A DNA stretch of 64,000 nucleotides, taken from positions 96,210 through 160,209 of the forward strand of contig PWHW01000002.1 in NCBI GenBank assembly GCA_003555075.1. Reading direction: 5' to 3'. The notes under the pieces were generated by a model. The model made no database searches and was not told where the DNA came from. It was given only the letters and a program-made list of their open reading frames with translations. This document shows positions 50,417-59,643 of this stretch, piece after piece. The DNA comes from Candidatus Nealsonbacteria bacterium. GTDB lineage: Bacteria > Patescibacteriota > Minisyncoccia > Minisyncoccales > PWPS01. Made by a program: the position numbers and the translations under genes. The first letter of the stretch is position 1. Every line of letters starts with the position of its first letter.

Positions 50417-50510
50417 TAGACTCCTCCTTTTAAGACAGGAAGGAGAAGAGATCCTCCAAGTATCCCTCCTAGTTCTTTAAAGCTCCTTTCAGCAAGGAGC
50501 TCTTTTTTTT
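50417..50510 (+). ncRNA. Candidate small RNA with CCUCC (anti-SD) motifs
   Basis: TTGAAT-16-TATCAT promoter with extended TG, + strand terminator with T8, no downstream + gene. Confidence 0.5.
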
Positions 50511-50529
50511 CATAAAAAAGCGCTGATCA

Positions 50530-51189
50530 TTATTTATCAGCGCTTTCTGCTTTTTTTGAAAGAATGTGTCCTCTTATCTCTTCCCGTGTTATCTCTTTAT
50601 GCCTTAGCTTATCTCCCAAGGGTTGCCCAAAACCTATAAATTTCTTTTGGATTATAGCTACCGCATCATTTCCATTGTCTCCGGGAACTTCTACTTTTTT
50701 TACGTTCTTGATATTTACTTCTCCCGCTATGAGGCTTGTAAATATAAGAGGTAAGGATGGAGGAAAAAAACTTACAAGAGTTTTTTCTACCTCTCCTTTT
50801 TCATTTATTACATCGCTTGTTCCCGTAACGAAAACGTAAAAGTAGATTTCGAAATTATTGGTTATTATTTCAATAACACCCGGAAAGGATTTTTCGGTCA
50901 ATTTTTTTCTCTTTCCTTGCGTGAACACCATATTCAGAAGGGGAATGTTCTCCACTCGTTCTCCTATGAACCCTCCTAATTTTCCGGCAGTTACAATTCC
51001 CATAAGGGGCATTACTATGCAAATAACAAGTAGAAAGGGGAGACCCCAAAAAACAAGATTTTCCGGCAAGAAGAAATGCAAAACAACCTCTAAGGATTGC
51101 ACCGCATTTATTCCCCATATGAGCAATATAACCACTACCAGCAGAAAAACAGTCGGCCTGATCCCTTGAATCCACAATCTTCCAAGCAT
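50530..51189 (-). CDS. Membrane protein (DUF502-like)
   Basis: Two TMs, ENIPLLNMV, SFFPPS.P; SD upstream. Confidence 0.55.
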   Translation of the reverse strand: MLGRLWIQGIRPTVFLLVVVILLIWGINAVQSLEVVLHFFLPENLVFWGLPFLLVICIVMPLMGIVTAGKLGGFIGERVENIPLLNMVFTQGKRKKLTEKSFPGVIEIITNNFEIYFYVFVTGTSDVINEKGEVEKTLVSFFPPSLPLIFTSLIAGEVNIKNVKKVEVPGDNGNDAVAIIQKKFIGFGQPLGDKLRHKEITREEIRGHILSKKAESADK

Positions 51190-51328
51190 ACATTTTCCCT
51201 CCTTTGTTAAAGGTACTCAGAACTGCGAGTCAATATAGCACCTAGGCCCAATAAAGGCAAGTAAAAGGATAAATATTTTTCTCTTTATATGTTATAATTA
51301 AGTTACAATTCTTAAAGAATCAGACGTT

Positions 51329-52843
51329 ATGAGTAAAAGAGTTATTATCATTATCATAGTAGTTGTTTTGGTGGGAATCGGAGTAATGATGAGTTTTAAG
51401 TTTGATTTTGGCATGGATTTAAAGGAAGAGAATGATGAACCTTACATTTCCGGAGAAATATGCTTAGTATCCGATGATAATGTTCTTCTGGCTGAAGAGA
51501 TCGATGCGGAAGAGTGTACGGGAGATCTAAATGAACTTAAAGGAAGTGCGGGATATTTCAGGGTGGACGAAGAGACGAAAATAATAGGAAAAGAAGGAAA
51601 GGAGATCCCATTTGATGAGTTGATGCCCGGAAATCAGGCAAAGATATGGACTGTTGGGCCCATTATGGAAAGTTATCCTGTTCAAGCCAGTGCTTCCAAG
51701 ATAGAACTTTTGGAAGAAGGAGAAGAGCTTGAAGCGGAAGGGTCTAAAGAGGAAAAGGATGACAAAGAGAAGGAAAGAAATAATGAGTGGTCATACAATG
51801 AAGAGCTTGGAGGGGATCTGAAGGAAGTTAAAGGTCAGATCACGGAGTGCCTGTACTCTGTAAAAGGTGTGCCATCTCCAAAAGGAGTTTCTTTCTCTCC
51901 CGACGAAGAGGAGTTTTGGGTAACTTCTTTAATGAATGAATCCGAGGGAGTGGTGGTGTTTGAAAGAAAAACAGGAAAGAAGAAGGAGGGTATGACTTTG
52001 CCCGGGGGAGGGGGAGTGGAGATTATTTTTGATCAGAGTGGCTCCTATGCTTTTGTTAGTCAAATGGAGACGGGGAGGGTGTTCATGATTGATGCGGACA
52101 AGAAGAAGATCGTTGAAACTTTTGACACGGAAGGAAGCTGGACGAAAGTCATGGATCTTTCTCCGGATGAGGAGACCATTTATGCTTCGAATTGGTCAAG
52201 TCACAACGTTTCGGCGATCGATCTTGGATCGGGAAAAGTGACTGATCTTCTCAGTGCCGTGAACACTCCGCGAGGTATTTATGCTACGGAAGACGGTAGT
52301 GAGCTTTATGTTGCAGGATTTGAAAAAGGAGAAATACAAAGGATAAATTTGCACACGAAAGAAAGCGAGGTGATATATGAAAGCGGAGGTTCAATGAGAC
52401 ACATTGTGGGCGATGAGAAAAATGAAACCCTTTATTTTTCCGATATGGGGAATGCGGCTATTTATGAGTTTGACAAGGAGGATGAAGAAGTAAGAAAGTT
52501 TGCGGATACCGAAAGAAACCCTAACACCATAGCCCTCAGTCCCGACAACAAGGTTCTTGCGGTATCAAACAGAGGAGCTAACCATCCTTCGGGAAACTAT
52601 AATATTCCCGGACCGGAGTGGGGAAGTGTTCTTTTTTTTGACACCTCGACCGGAGAAGCGGTTGATGCTATTTTGGGAGGAAATCAACCTACGGCACTTG
52701 ATATATCAGAAAGCGGGAAATACTTGGCATTCTCCAACTTTTTGGATGGCGAGATAAATATTTGCAAATTTCCCGAAACAAAAGATATGCTGGAAGGTGA
52801 AGGAGGAGGATTTCCGGGGTACAAAGAAAAGATCGCAAAATAA
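51329..52843 (+). CDS. Membrane-anchored YVTN/YncE beta-propeller protein with N-terminal DUF3221-like domain
   Basis: GPIMESYPVQA; repeats PKGVSFSPD, LSPDEETIYASN, PNTIALSPD. Confidence 0.8.
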   Translation: MSKRVIIIIIVVVLVGIGVMMSFKFDFGMDLKEENDEPYISGEICLVSDDNVLLAEEIDAEECTGDLNELKGSAGYFRVDEETKIIGKEGKEIPFDELMPGNQAKIWTVGPIMESYPVQASASKIELLEEGEELEAEGSKEEKDDKEKERNNEWSYNEELGGDLKEVKGQITECLYSVKGVPSPKGVSFSPDEEEFWVTSLMNESEGVVVFERKTGKKKEGMTLPGGGGVEIIFDQSGSYAFVSQMETGRVFMIDADKKKIVETFDTEGSWTKVMDLSPDEETIYASNWSSHNVSAIDLGSGKVTDLLSAVNTPRGIYATEDGSELYVAGFEKGEIQRINLHTKESEVIYESGGSMRHIVGDEKNETLYFSDMGNAAIYEFDKEDEEVRKFADTERNPNTIALSPDNKVLAVSNRGANHPSGNYNIPGPEWGSVLFFDTSTGEAVDAILGGNQPTALDISESGKYLAFSNFLDGEINICKFPETKDMLEGEGGGFPGYKEKIAK

Positions 52844-52882
52844 ATTTTGTCTAATTTTAAAAATTATTTATAATGCACAACT

Positions 52883-54214
52883 ATGCGTGGTATAAGTATA
52901 AAAGATGAAAACTCGATACCTCTCGTGATATTGGTCACAGTTGTGATACTTTTAGGCGTTTTATGGGTATTGATACAGCTGGATGTCGATATAGACATGG
53001 GTCAAGTGGTGCCTTTCATGAGAGGAGAGGTGGTTCCCGACTATGCAAAAGAAGGGCTGGCGGATGCCGAAGGAGTAACTCTGGAAGGGATGCGAAGTGT
53101 TGAAAAAGCAAGTAGTAAGTTCGCGTTTGATGTTTACGAGGAACTTGCAAAAGAAGAGGGTAATATAGTTTTTTCTCCTTACGGCGTCTCTACTGTGCTT
53201 TCTATGACCTACGAAGGGTCCAAGGGGGATACAAAAGAGGAAATAGGGGAGGCGATCAACATTCCAAGAGAAGATGATGTTCGCAGACCGGCGATGGGTG
53301 CTGTTTATAACAAAATAAATCGCGAGGATGCCGGCTATGATATTGAGACCCTCAATTCAGTTTGGATCCGGGAAAATTATGAGCCATTTTCCGATTTTAT
53401 TGATGTAATTGAAAGGTTTTACGTAGGGCAAGTCAATAGTGTTGACCTTGAGGATGATCCCGAAAACACGAGGGCAAGCATGAATGAGAAGGTTAAAGAT
53501 ATCACGGGAGATATTATAGAAGAGCTTTTTCCTCGCGGATCGGTAGCCGATAAGACTACGATGATGTTGGCAAATGCGGTTCATTTTGACGGTAACTGGG
53601 AGATCGAATTCAACAAAGAGCATACAGAAAAGGAAGATTTTCATATTACCGAAGAGGAAACTTTGGAGGTTGCAATGATGCAAGGCGAAGGAGAATATGG
53701 ATATTATGAAAATGAGGAAGCTCAAATTCTTGAACTCTCATATGAGGATAAAAACGCTTCAATGCTTGTTATTCTTCCCAAAGAAGGGAATCTTGCATCT
53801 CTTGAGAACGAACTTGATTTTGAAAAGATGAATGAATGGAAAGAAGGAATTGAAGAAGAGAAAGTGAGGGTATATCTTCCTCGGTTTAAAATTGGAATGA
53901 GACACAAAATGAGCGATCATCTTAAGAATCTGGGAGTGCTTCTTGCGTTTGACAGGGAAGAAGCGGATTTTTCAAATATCTTTGAGCAAGAAGAAGAGAA
54001 TCTGTTTCTTGATGAGATTATTCATGGTGCTTTCATCTCTGTTAACGAGAAAGAGGCAGAAATACTCGAAGAAACGGAAGAGGAAGAAACAGAGGAGGAA
54101 AAAGAAGAAGATATGATGGTTTTCAGAGCGGATAATCCTTTTATTTTCACTGTCATTGAAAAGGAGGGTGGAAACATTATTCTCATGGGAAGAGTGCAAA
54201 ATCCTTTAGAGTAG
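52883..54214 (+). CDS. Membrane-anchored serpin, probably non-inhibitory
   Basis: NIVFSPY, NAVHFDGNW, MLVILP, LPRFK, FRADNPFIF, MGRVQNP. Confidence 0.9.
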   Translation: MRGISIKDENSIPLVILVTVVILLGVLWVLIQLDVDIDMGQVVPFMRGEVVPDYAKEGLADAEGVTLEGMRSVEKASSKFAFDVYEELAKEEGNIVFSPYGVSTVLSMTYEGSKGDTKEEIGEAINIPREDDVRRPAMGAVYNKINREDAGYDIETLNSVWIRENYEPFSDFIDVIERFYVGQVNSVDLEDDPENTRASMNEKVKDITGDIIEELFPRGSVADKTTMMLANAVHFDGNWEIEFNKEHTEKEDFHITEEETLEVAMMQGEGEYGYYENEEAQILELSYEDKNASMLVILPKEGNLASLENELDFEKMNEWKEGIEEEKVRVYLPRFKIGMRHKMSDHLKNLGVLLAFDREEADFSNIFEQEEENLFLDEIIHGAFISVNEKEAEILEETEEEETEEEKEEDMMVFRADNPFIFTVIEKEGGNIILMGRVQNPLE

Positions 54215-54283
54215 GGTAAAAAAATTAAAACAAATCAAAAACCGCTCTTTTTATAAAGAGCGGTTTTAATTTAGAGAGTCTTT

Positions 54284-54712
54284 TTAGCTATACCTTGCTT
54301 TTTTTGCTTTCTCCTCTCTGTTTTGTAGTTCAACGAGACGTTCTCTCTGATCCGAAGTGAGCTCTCCATCCATTTGTGCTATTCTCAGGCTATTCAATTC
54401 TTTTTGCTCCTCCGCGGGCAAAAGAGCATTTTTTTCGTCAAACCCTTTTCCCTTCTCTTCGAGCCCTTCTTTTTCTCTTGAGAGATTCTTATACCTCTCT
54501 TCCTCTTCTTCATTTAAGACATCCTCTCCTTCTTTTACTCTTTCTTCTTTTGCCTGAAGCTCAAGAAGGCGCTCTCTTTGCTCCGAAGAAAGCTCTCCTT
54601 CCACTTGTGCAATTCTCAGGCTATTCAATTCTTTTTGCTCCTCCGCGGGCAAAAGAGCATTTTTTTCGTCGAATTCCTCGTTTCTATTGGGAGTTTCAAA
54701 GCTTTCTCTCAT
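54284..54712 (-). CDS. Coiled-coil protein with duplicated about 40-aa module
   Basis: FDEKNALLPAEEQKELNSLRIAQ occurs twice (DNA copies 231 bp apart). Confidence 0.7.
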   Translation of the reverse strand: MRESFETPNRNEEFDEKNALLPAEEQKELNSLRIAQVEGELSSEQRERLLELQAKEERVKEGEDVLNEEEEERYKNLSREKEGLEEKGKGFDEKNALLPAEEQKELNSLRIAQMDGELTSDQRERLVELQNREEKAKKARYS

Positions 54713-54898
54713 AATTTATTTGTTAATTTATAATCAACTTATTTTATTTTACAAGATGGATTATCTAAGTCAATATTGATCCATTTTCAAAAGGTCATTG
54801 AAAAGAGCAAAGAATTACTTCCTTTCTCCCTTTCCGGCTTGACTTTTTCCCGTAAAAGCTAATCATTAAAGTAGTTATTAATAACTTTTATAAAAAAT

Positions 54899-55132
54899 AT
54901 GGATATCGGCATATTGGAAGGAGTAAATGCAAATTGGGGGCTTTTTATTATACTGGCCGGCTTATGGACCCTTCCTTGGAAAGGGTATGCTCTTTGGAAG
55001 TCGGCGAGAAGGGGAGATAAATGGTGGTTCATTGCTCTTCTTGTAATTAATACGTTGGCTATTCTGGAGATACTCTATATTTTCGTTTTCAGTGAAAAGA
55101 GAGAAAAGGGTGTCAATAAAAAAGAGGAATAA
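54899..55132 (+). CDS. DUF5652-like small membrane protein
   Basis: WTLPWKGYALWKSAR..DKWWFIALLVINTLAILEILYIF. Confidence 0.8.
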   Translation: MDIGILEGVNANWGLFIILAGLWTLPWKGYALWKSARRGDKWWFIALLVINTLAILEILYIFVFSEKREKGVNKKEE

Positions 55133-55356
55133 AGCTAATTTTTAAAAAAGCTTAAAGCCTTTTTATTGACAGCTAATTCTAATTTGTGATATAGTATAAA
55201 AACTGTACCTTAAAAACGGACGGTTTCGGGCCGTCCCTTTGGGGAAGTTTCAAGGTTTTCTCAAAGGGATCGAACGAATTTTAAGTTCGGTTGCTCTTTT
55301 TAAAATTGATTTCCGTGCTGTATCAAAAATTTTAACTTCTAAAAGGAGGTTTTTTC

Positions 55357-56562
55357 ATGATGGGTTTTGCAGAAGTTGTGAAAATGGAAAGCGGGAACGT
55401 TATTGATTTGATGAAAGATGTTTTTCCTAAGAACCACGGTTTCTATCACTACATCAGAGAAAAAGGAAGTTATGTATATTTAGAAGATGTTCTCGAGGAA
55501 GCACTTGATTCATTGGACGAAGAGCATGCAATGGTTTTAAAGGAATGTTATTTCAACAGGAGTACGTATAAAAGTATTGCGAGAAAAATGGGAGTGAGAG
55601 GAGAGACGGTAAAAGCAAAGAAAAAGAAAGGATTGAGAGATTTAAGGCTTTATTGGGCAAAAGAACTTAGTAAGTTCAAAGTTCCTGCCCCTGAAGAGCT
55701 TGAAGAGAAAGAAAGGAAAATAAGAGAAAGAGAGGAGATAAAAGAAGAGCTTCATAGATTTGTAGAAGTTTTGAGCGATATTGAAAAAGAAGAGGATGAG
55801 AATGGCGAAACGATCATCGCAAAGGCAATGAAAAAAATGTTTCCGAGTGTGGAAACGGATCGAAAAGCGCTCAAGGAGTTGGCAGCTAGATATCCCGAAG
55901 AAAAAAAGCTGTGGAAGAAAATTAGCTTTGCAGGACTTGATCGTCTCTCGGAATTGAAAAAAAGGGTGGAAAATAATGAGATAATGAACATAAAGGGCAT
56001 AGGAGAGAAGGGTTATAGGAAGCTAAAGCAAATACTTGAAGAAACAAAAGAAGAGGTTCAAGATGTAAGCGTGGAGTCTGTTCCTCTTGATAACGGGATT
56101 ATGGATCTTTGGGAGGCAATAGAGCAAGAGATGGAGAAGAAGATAAGAGAAACGGAAGCAAGGATGAGGAAAAAGAAAAAGGACTCGGAAGCTCTTGAAA
56201 AAGTATTGTCACGATACAAGGACAATAGAATCAGTAATATACTTAAAAGAAAAGGAGTGAAAGGGCTTTCTCATCTTAAAGAGATGATAGAAAGTGGAAG
56301 AATAAAGGAGTTAAGAGGGATTGGAAGCACCAGCGAATCTTTTCTTAGAATGGTACTGAAAAAAGAGAGGGAGACGGTGGAAGAGCTGGAAGATGAGATG
56401 AAGGTGATAGAAGAAGAAAAGGTGACAAGAAGAATGGAAGAGATCGAAGTTGAAACAGATCAGTTGCCTGCAAAATTTTTAGAAGAAGAGCATGAAAAAT
56501 TAAAAGCTCTTTTACGCCTCAGAGGTAGACTTTTCATAAGGAGGAAAATGTTCTTTGAGTGA
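55357..56562 (+). CDS. Sigma-70 region-4-like HTH plus two RNAP alpha-CTD-like (HhH) domains
   Basis: ALDSLDE...VL...Y...TYKSIARKMGV.GETVK...KGLRDLR; NIKGIGEKG and ELRGIGSTS HhH motifs. Confidence 0.65.
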   Translation: MMGFAEVVKMESGNVIDLMKDVFPKNHGFYHYIREKGSYVYLEDVLEEALDSLDEEHAMVLKECYFNRSTYKSIARKMGVRGETVKAKKKKGLRDLRLYWAKELSKFKVPAPEELEEKERKIREREEIKEELHRFVEVLSDIEKEEDENGETIIAKAMKKMFPSVETDRKALKELAARYPEEKKLWKKISFAGLDRLSELKKRVENNEIMNIKGIGEKGYRKLKQILEETKEEVQDVSVESVPLDNGIMDLWEAIEQEMEKKIRETEARMRKKKKDSEALEKVLSRYKDNRISNILKRKGVKGLSHLKEMIESGRIKELRGIGSTSESFLRMVLKKERETVEELEDEMKVIEEEKVTRRMEEIEVETDQLPAKFLEEEHEKLKALLRLRGRLFIRRKMFFE

Positions 56563-56669
56563 GATTTATATAATAAGCGGCGGAAATCAATAATGGGCCT
56601 CAAATTGAGAGGCCTTTTTGTTTGTTTTGTATAAGATCTTGATTAAAATATTAAAAAGGAGGGAGTTCT

Positions 56670-57530
56670 TTGAAAAACGCAAGTGTTGTTATTCCGGATT
56701 TTGGGAAGTTGAAAGACAAAATGGAAAGTATAAGAAAAGAGGGGAGTGATAATTTACATTTTATCTCTGATTTTGATCGTACTTTGACATATGGGAGTAC
56801 GCCGGAAGGGGAGAAGATCCCTTCACTTATCTCTATGTTGCGTATCAAGAATTGCCTGGATAAGGAATATTCAGAGGAGGCTAAGCGACTTTATGCCTTT
56901 TATCATTCTTGTGAGGTAAGCCCCGAGCTTTCAGAAGAAGAAAAGAAGGTGATAATGAAAGAGTGGTGGAACGCTCATCTGCAACTTTTTATGGAGAAGG
57001 GGCTTAAAAAGGATCACTTGGAAGAGATAGTCAAAGATGAAAAGGTGAGATTTCGAGAAGGAGCTGATCGATTCTTTGAAAATATCAGCCAAAAGAAAGT
57101 GCCGATCATTATTTTTTCTGCCAGTGGATGCGGGGAAGTGGTGGAGTTGTTCTTCAAAAGAAGGGGAATGCATTACTCTAACACTCATTTTTTAATAAAT
57201 CGCTTTCATTGGAACGAACAGGGCAGAGTTGCGGGAGTCAGGCATCCCATAATTCATTCTTTCAATAAGAATGAGGTGTCGGTGAAAAGATTCAAGGGAG
57301 TGTATGAAGCGGTAAGAGAAAGAAAGAACGTGGTTCTTTTTGGTGACAGCTTGTCGGATGCCGGAATGGCGGAAGGTTTCGATTATCGCAATTTGCTAAA
57401 GGTGGGATTTTTGAATCTTGAGTATAATAAAGCGGAAAAAGAGCGGTACGAGGAAATTTACGATGTAATAATGGTAGGTGATGTGGATTTCAATACCTTG
57501 AATGAGAACATTTTGCGTTTTATTTTATAA
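56670..57530 (+). CDS. HAD pyrimidine 5'-nucleotidase (UMPH-1/cN-III-like), paralog 1
   Basis: ISDFDRTLT, EWW..H, IFSA, IHSFNK, NVVLFGDSLSD, LKVGFLN. Confidence 0.85.
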   Translation: MKNASVVIPDFGKLKDKMESIRKEGSDNLHFISDFDRTLTYGSTPEGEKIPSLISMLRIKNCLDKEYSEEAKRLYAFYHSCEVSPELSEEEKKVIMKEWWNAHLQLFMEKGLKKDHLEEIVKDEKVRFREGADRFFENISQKKVPIIIFSASGCGEVVELFFKRRGMHYSNTHFLINRFHWNEQGRVAGVRHPIIHSFNKNEVSVKRFKGVYEAVRERKNVVLFGDSLSDAGMAEGFDYRNLLKVGFLNLEYNKAEKERYEEIYDVIMVGDVDFNTLNENILRFIL

Positions 57531-57631
57531 GAAGGGTATAAGAACCCTTCTTTTTTTAGCAAATTTTCTGGAATTGATTTTCTTTTTTTGCTATTATGTC
57601 TTAATAATTTTAATCGATATCTCATAAGCTT

Positions 57632-58588
57632 ATGAAAGAATTCAAAATAGCATTATCAATATTTCTCTTGTTCATTTTTGTGGTCCTAAGTAGTGTTTTT
57701 CTTTTCATGAGAGGGGCGGATAAGACTTTTTTGGAAGAGTCTTTTTATAGGATAATTTTTGAAAGAATTGAGGTTTCTCCCATTGTAAAGGAGGAAATAT
57801 CCCGTAGCTTATTAGAAGACTATGAGGAATTAATAGAAGAGGTTAAAGTGGAAAATGAAGAGGAAGAAGAGAATGGCAATGAAGAAGAAGGTGAAGAAGA
57901 GGAGGAAGAACTCAAGGAGGACCACTTGGAAAAGGATGATATTGAAGAGGCTATCCAAACCGCTCTTGATAGAACCTTGGAAGAGGAGTGGGTAAAAGAG
58001 AATTTCTTCTTGGCCCTTAGTGATATCCTAGCTTTTGTAAAAGGGGAGGAAGAGGAACTTACAGTGGTAATTGCATTGGAGGATAAGAAAAGGATCTTTC
58101 AATATAATTTTGAGAGAGAGCTTGAAAGAAGACTTCCGGAGAATGTAGAGATCAAAGATGATATGGCTGAAGAGATTCCCGACGAGATAGTTTTATCCAA
58201 TATAATGGAAGAGGCGGAGGGAGCGGAAGAAATGGAGAATGCTTTATTGTTTTTCCGCACTCTTTATGGTTATTATGAGGCATATTCCTATCATGCTTTG
58301 ATCGGCATTTCTGCTTTACTAATACTTTTGCTCGGGGTAACGGGGGGATTGAAATGGATAGGATCGGGAATGCTTGTTTCCGGGGCATTGGTTTTCTTTA
58401 GTATGCTTCTTGGTAAGAACACCCTTTTCAACATGATCTCGGGTAAAGCGTTTGTTGATAAGGATGCTTTAACATTTGTTTTTGATTTCTTTTTTGAAGA
58501 ATTAAGCACCACTTCTTTATACTACGGTTTGATCGGTGCGGGGATATTGATAGCGACATTTGTGATCATTAGAATTAGAAAGCCGTAA
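57632..58588 (+). CDS. Membrane protein with acidic extracellular loop
   Basis: N-terminal TM, E-rich loop, three C-terminal TMs. Confidence 0.7.
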   Translation: MKEFKIALSIFLLFIFVVLSSVFLFMRGADKTFLEESFYRIIFERIEVSPIVKEEISRSLLEDYEELIEEVKVENEEEEENGNEEEGEEEEEELKEDHLEKDDIEEAIQTALDRTLEEEWVKENFFLALSDILAFVKGEEEELTVVIALEDKKRIFQYNFERELERRLPENVEIKDDMAEEIPDEIVLSNIMEEAEGAEEMENALLFFRTLYGYYEAYSYHALIGISALLILLLGVTGGLKWIGSGMLVSGALVFFSMLLGKNTLFNMISGKAFVDKDALTFVFDFFFEELSTTSLYYGLIGAGILIATFVIIRIRKP

Positions 58589-58777
58589 TTTAATTGAAAA
58601 CTTTCGCTTTATTGAGCCGTCCTTTCGTGGACGGCTTTTATTTGTCTTGCCAAAAAGGGAATTATCGTTGACAATCGGGAGATAAGTGGTATAATAATAA
58701 GCACTGTACCCTTGATAACAATCCGGCTTTCTCTTTGAGTGTAGCCGGTTAAAACCTTAAAAAAGGAGGAGATTGTT

Positions 58778-59563
58778 TTGATTAACAGAGTTTTTGAAAG
58801 ATTGGGACTGGATAAGAGAAAAGGGGAAGTACAATTTTTAAGCAACGCTTTTGAAAAAGTTTGTATCGAGGGATTTGAGGACAAGTTACAGAGATTTGAA
58901 AGTGAAAAAGAAGAAAGAGTGAGAGAAAATTGGGAAGAGAAGAAAAGAAATAATCCTCATATTTTTCCGGGTCCCCTGGGGAGCGTGGCTGCATTTAAGG
59001 TTGTGGATGAGACCTTGAAGTTGTGGCTTCGACGTACCAGATTCGATCTGTACGACGGGTTGCGAAATGAGGCCCCTTCTTATCTTGACTCTACCAAGAA
59101 ACCGCTTGATAGGGATTTTCCCCTTCCTCTTTCGGTAGGAGCAGTAACTGTTACCGATGACAATAAGATAATTTTCGGAATAAGAAGCAAAGCTACTGCT
59201 TTTGGAAAAGATGGAGCGGTAATGCTTCCTTCAGGGTATTTCAATCCCGATAGAGATGCTTCCGTTCAGGAATTAATAAGAAAGGAGCTCGAGGAGGAAG
59301 TAGGAATAAGGGATTTTGAAATAGAAAGATGGGGAGGTCTTGTGTATGACGGAAAAGTGGCAAAACAACCCCTTCTTTCTTTAAGGATAAAAGTTCCTCA
59401 TAGCAGTGAGGAGATAGAAGATATAAAAGGGGAGATAGACAAAGAAGTAAAGAATGTTCACTACGTTGATAACAAGATCGATGCTGTCAAAGAATTTATT
59501 GATGAGTACCCCCCGTTGCCACATAGTATGGCGAACCTAGTATTGCACTTTTATCTTCCTTAA
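58778..59563 (+). CDS. NUDIX-like hydrolase
   Basis: SVGAVTVTDD, LPSGY, RKELEEEVGI. Confidence 0.7.
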   Translation: MINRVFERLGLDKRKGEVQFLSNAFEKVCIEGFEDKLQRFESEKEERVRENWEEKKRNNPHIFPGPLGSVAAFKVVDETLKLWLRRTRFDLYDGLRNEAPSYLDSTKKPLDRDFPLPLSVGAVTVTDDNKIIFGIRSKATAFGKDGAVMLPSGYFNPDRDASVQELIRKELEEEVGIRDFEIERWGGLVYDGKVAKQPLLSLRIKVPHSSEEIEDIKGEIDKEVKNVHYVDNKIDAVKEFIDEYPPLPHSMANLVLHFYLP

Positions 59564-59643
59564 GTTCTTTAAAAGCCAAAGACCTCTCCAAAAAGAGGTC
59601 TTTTTTCTTAAATTGAAGTGTAAAAAATGCTATATTAAACACA

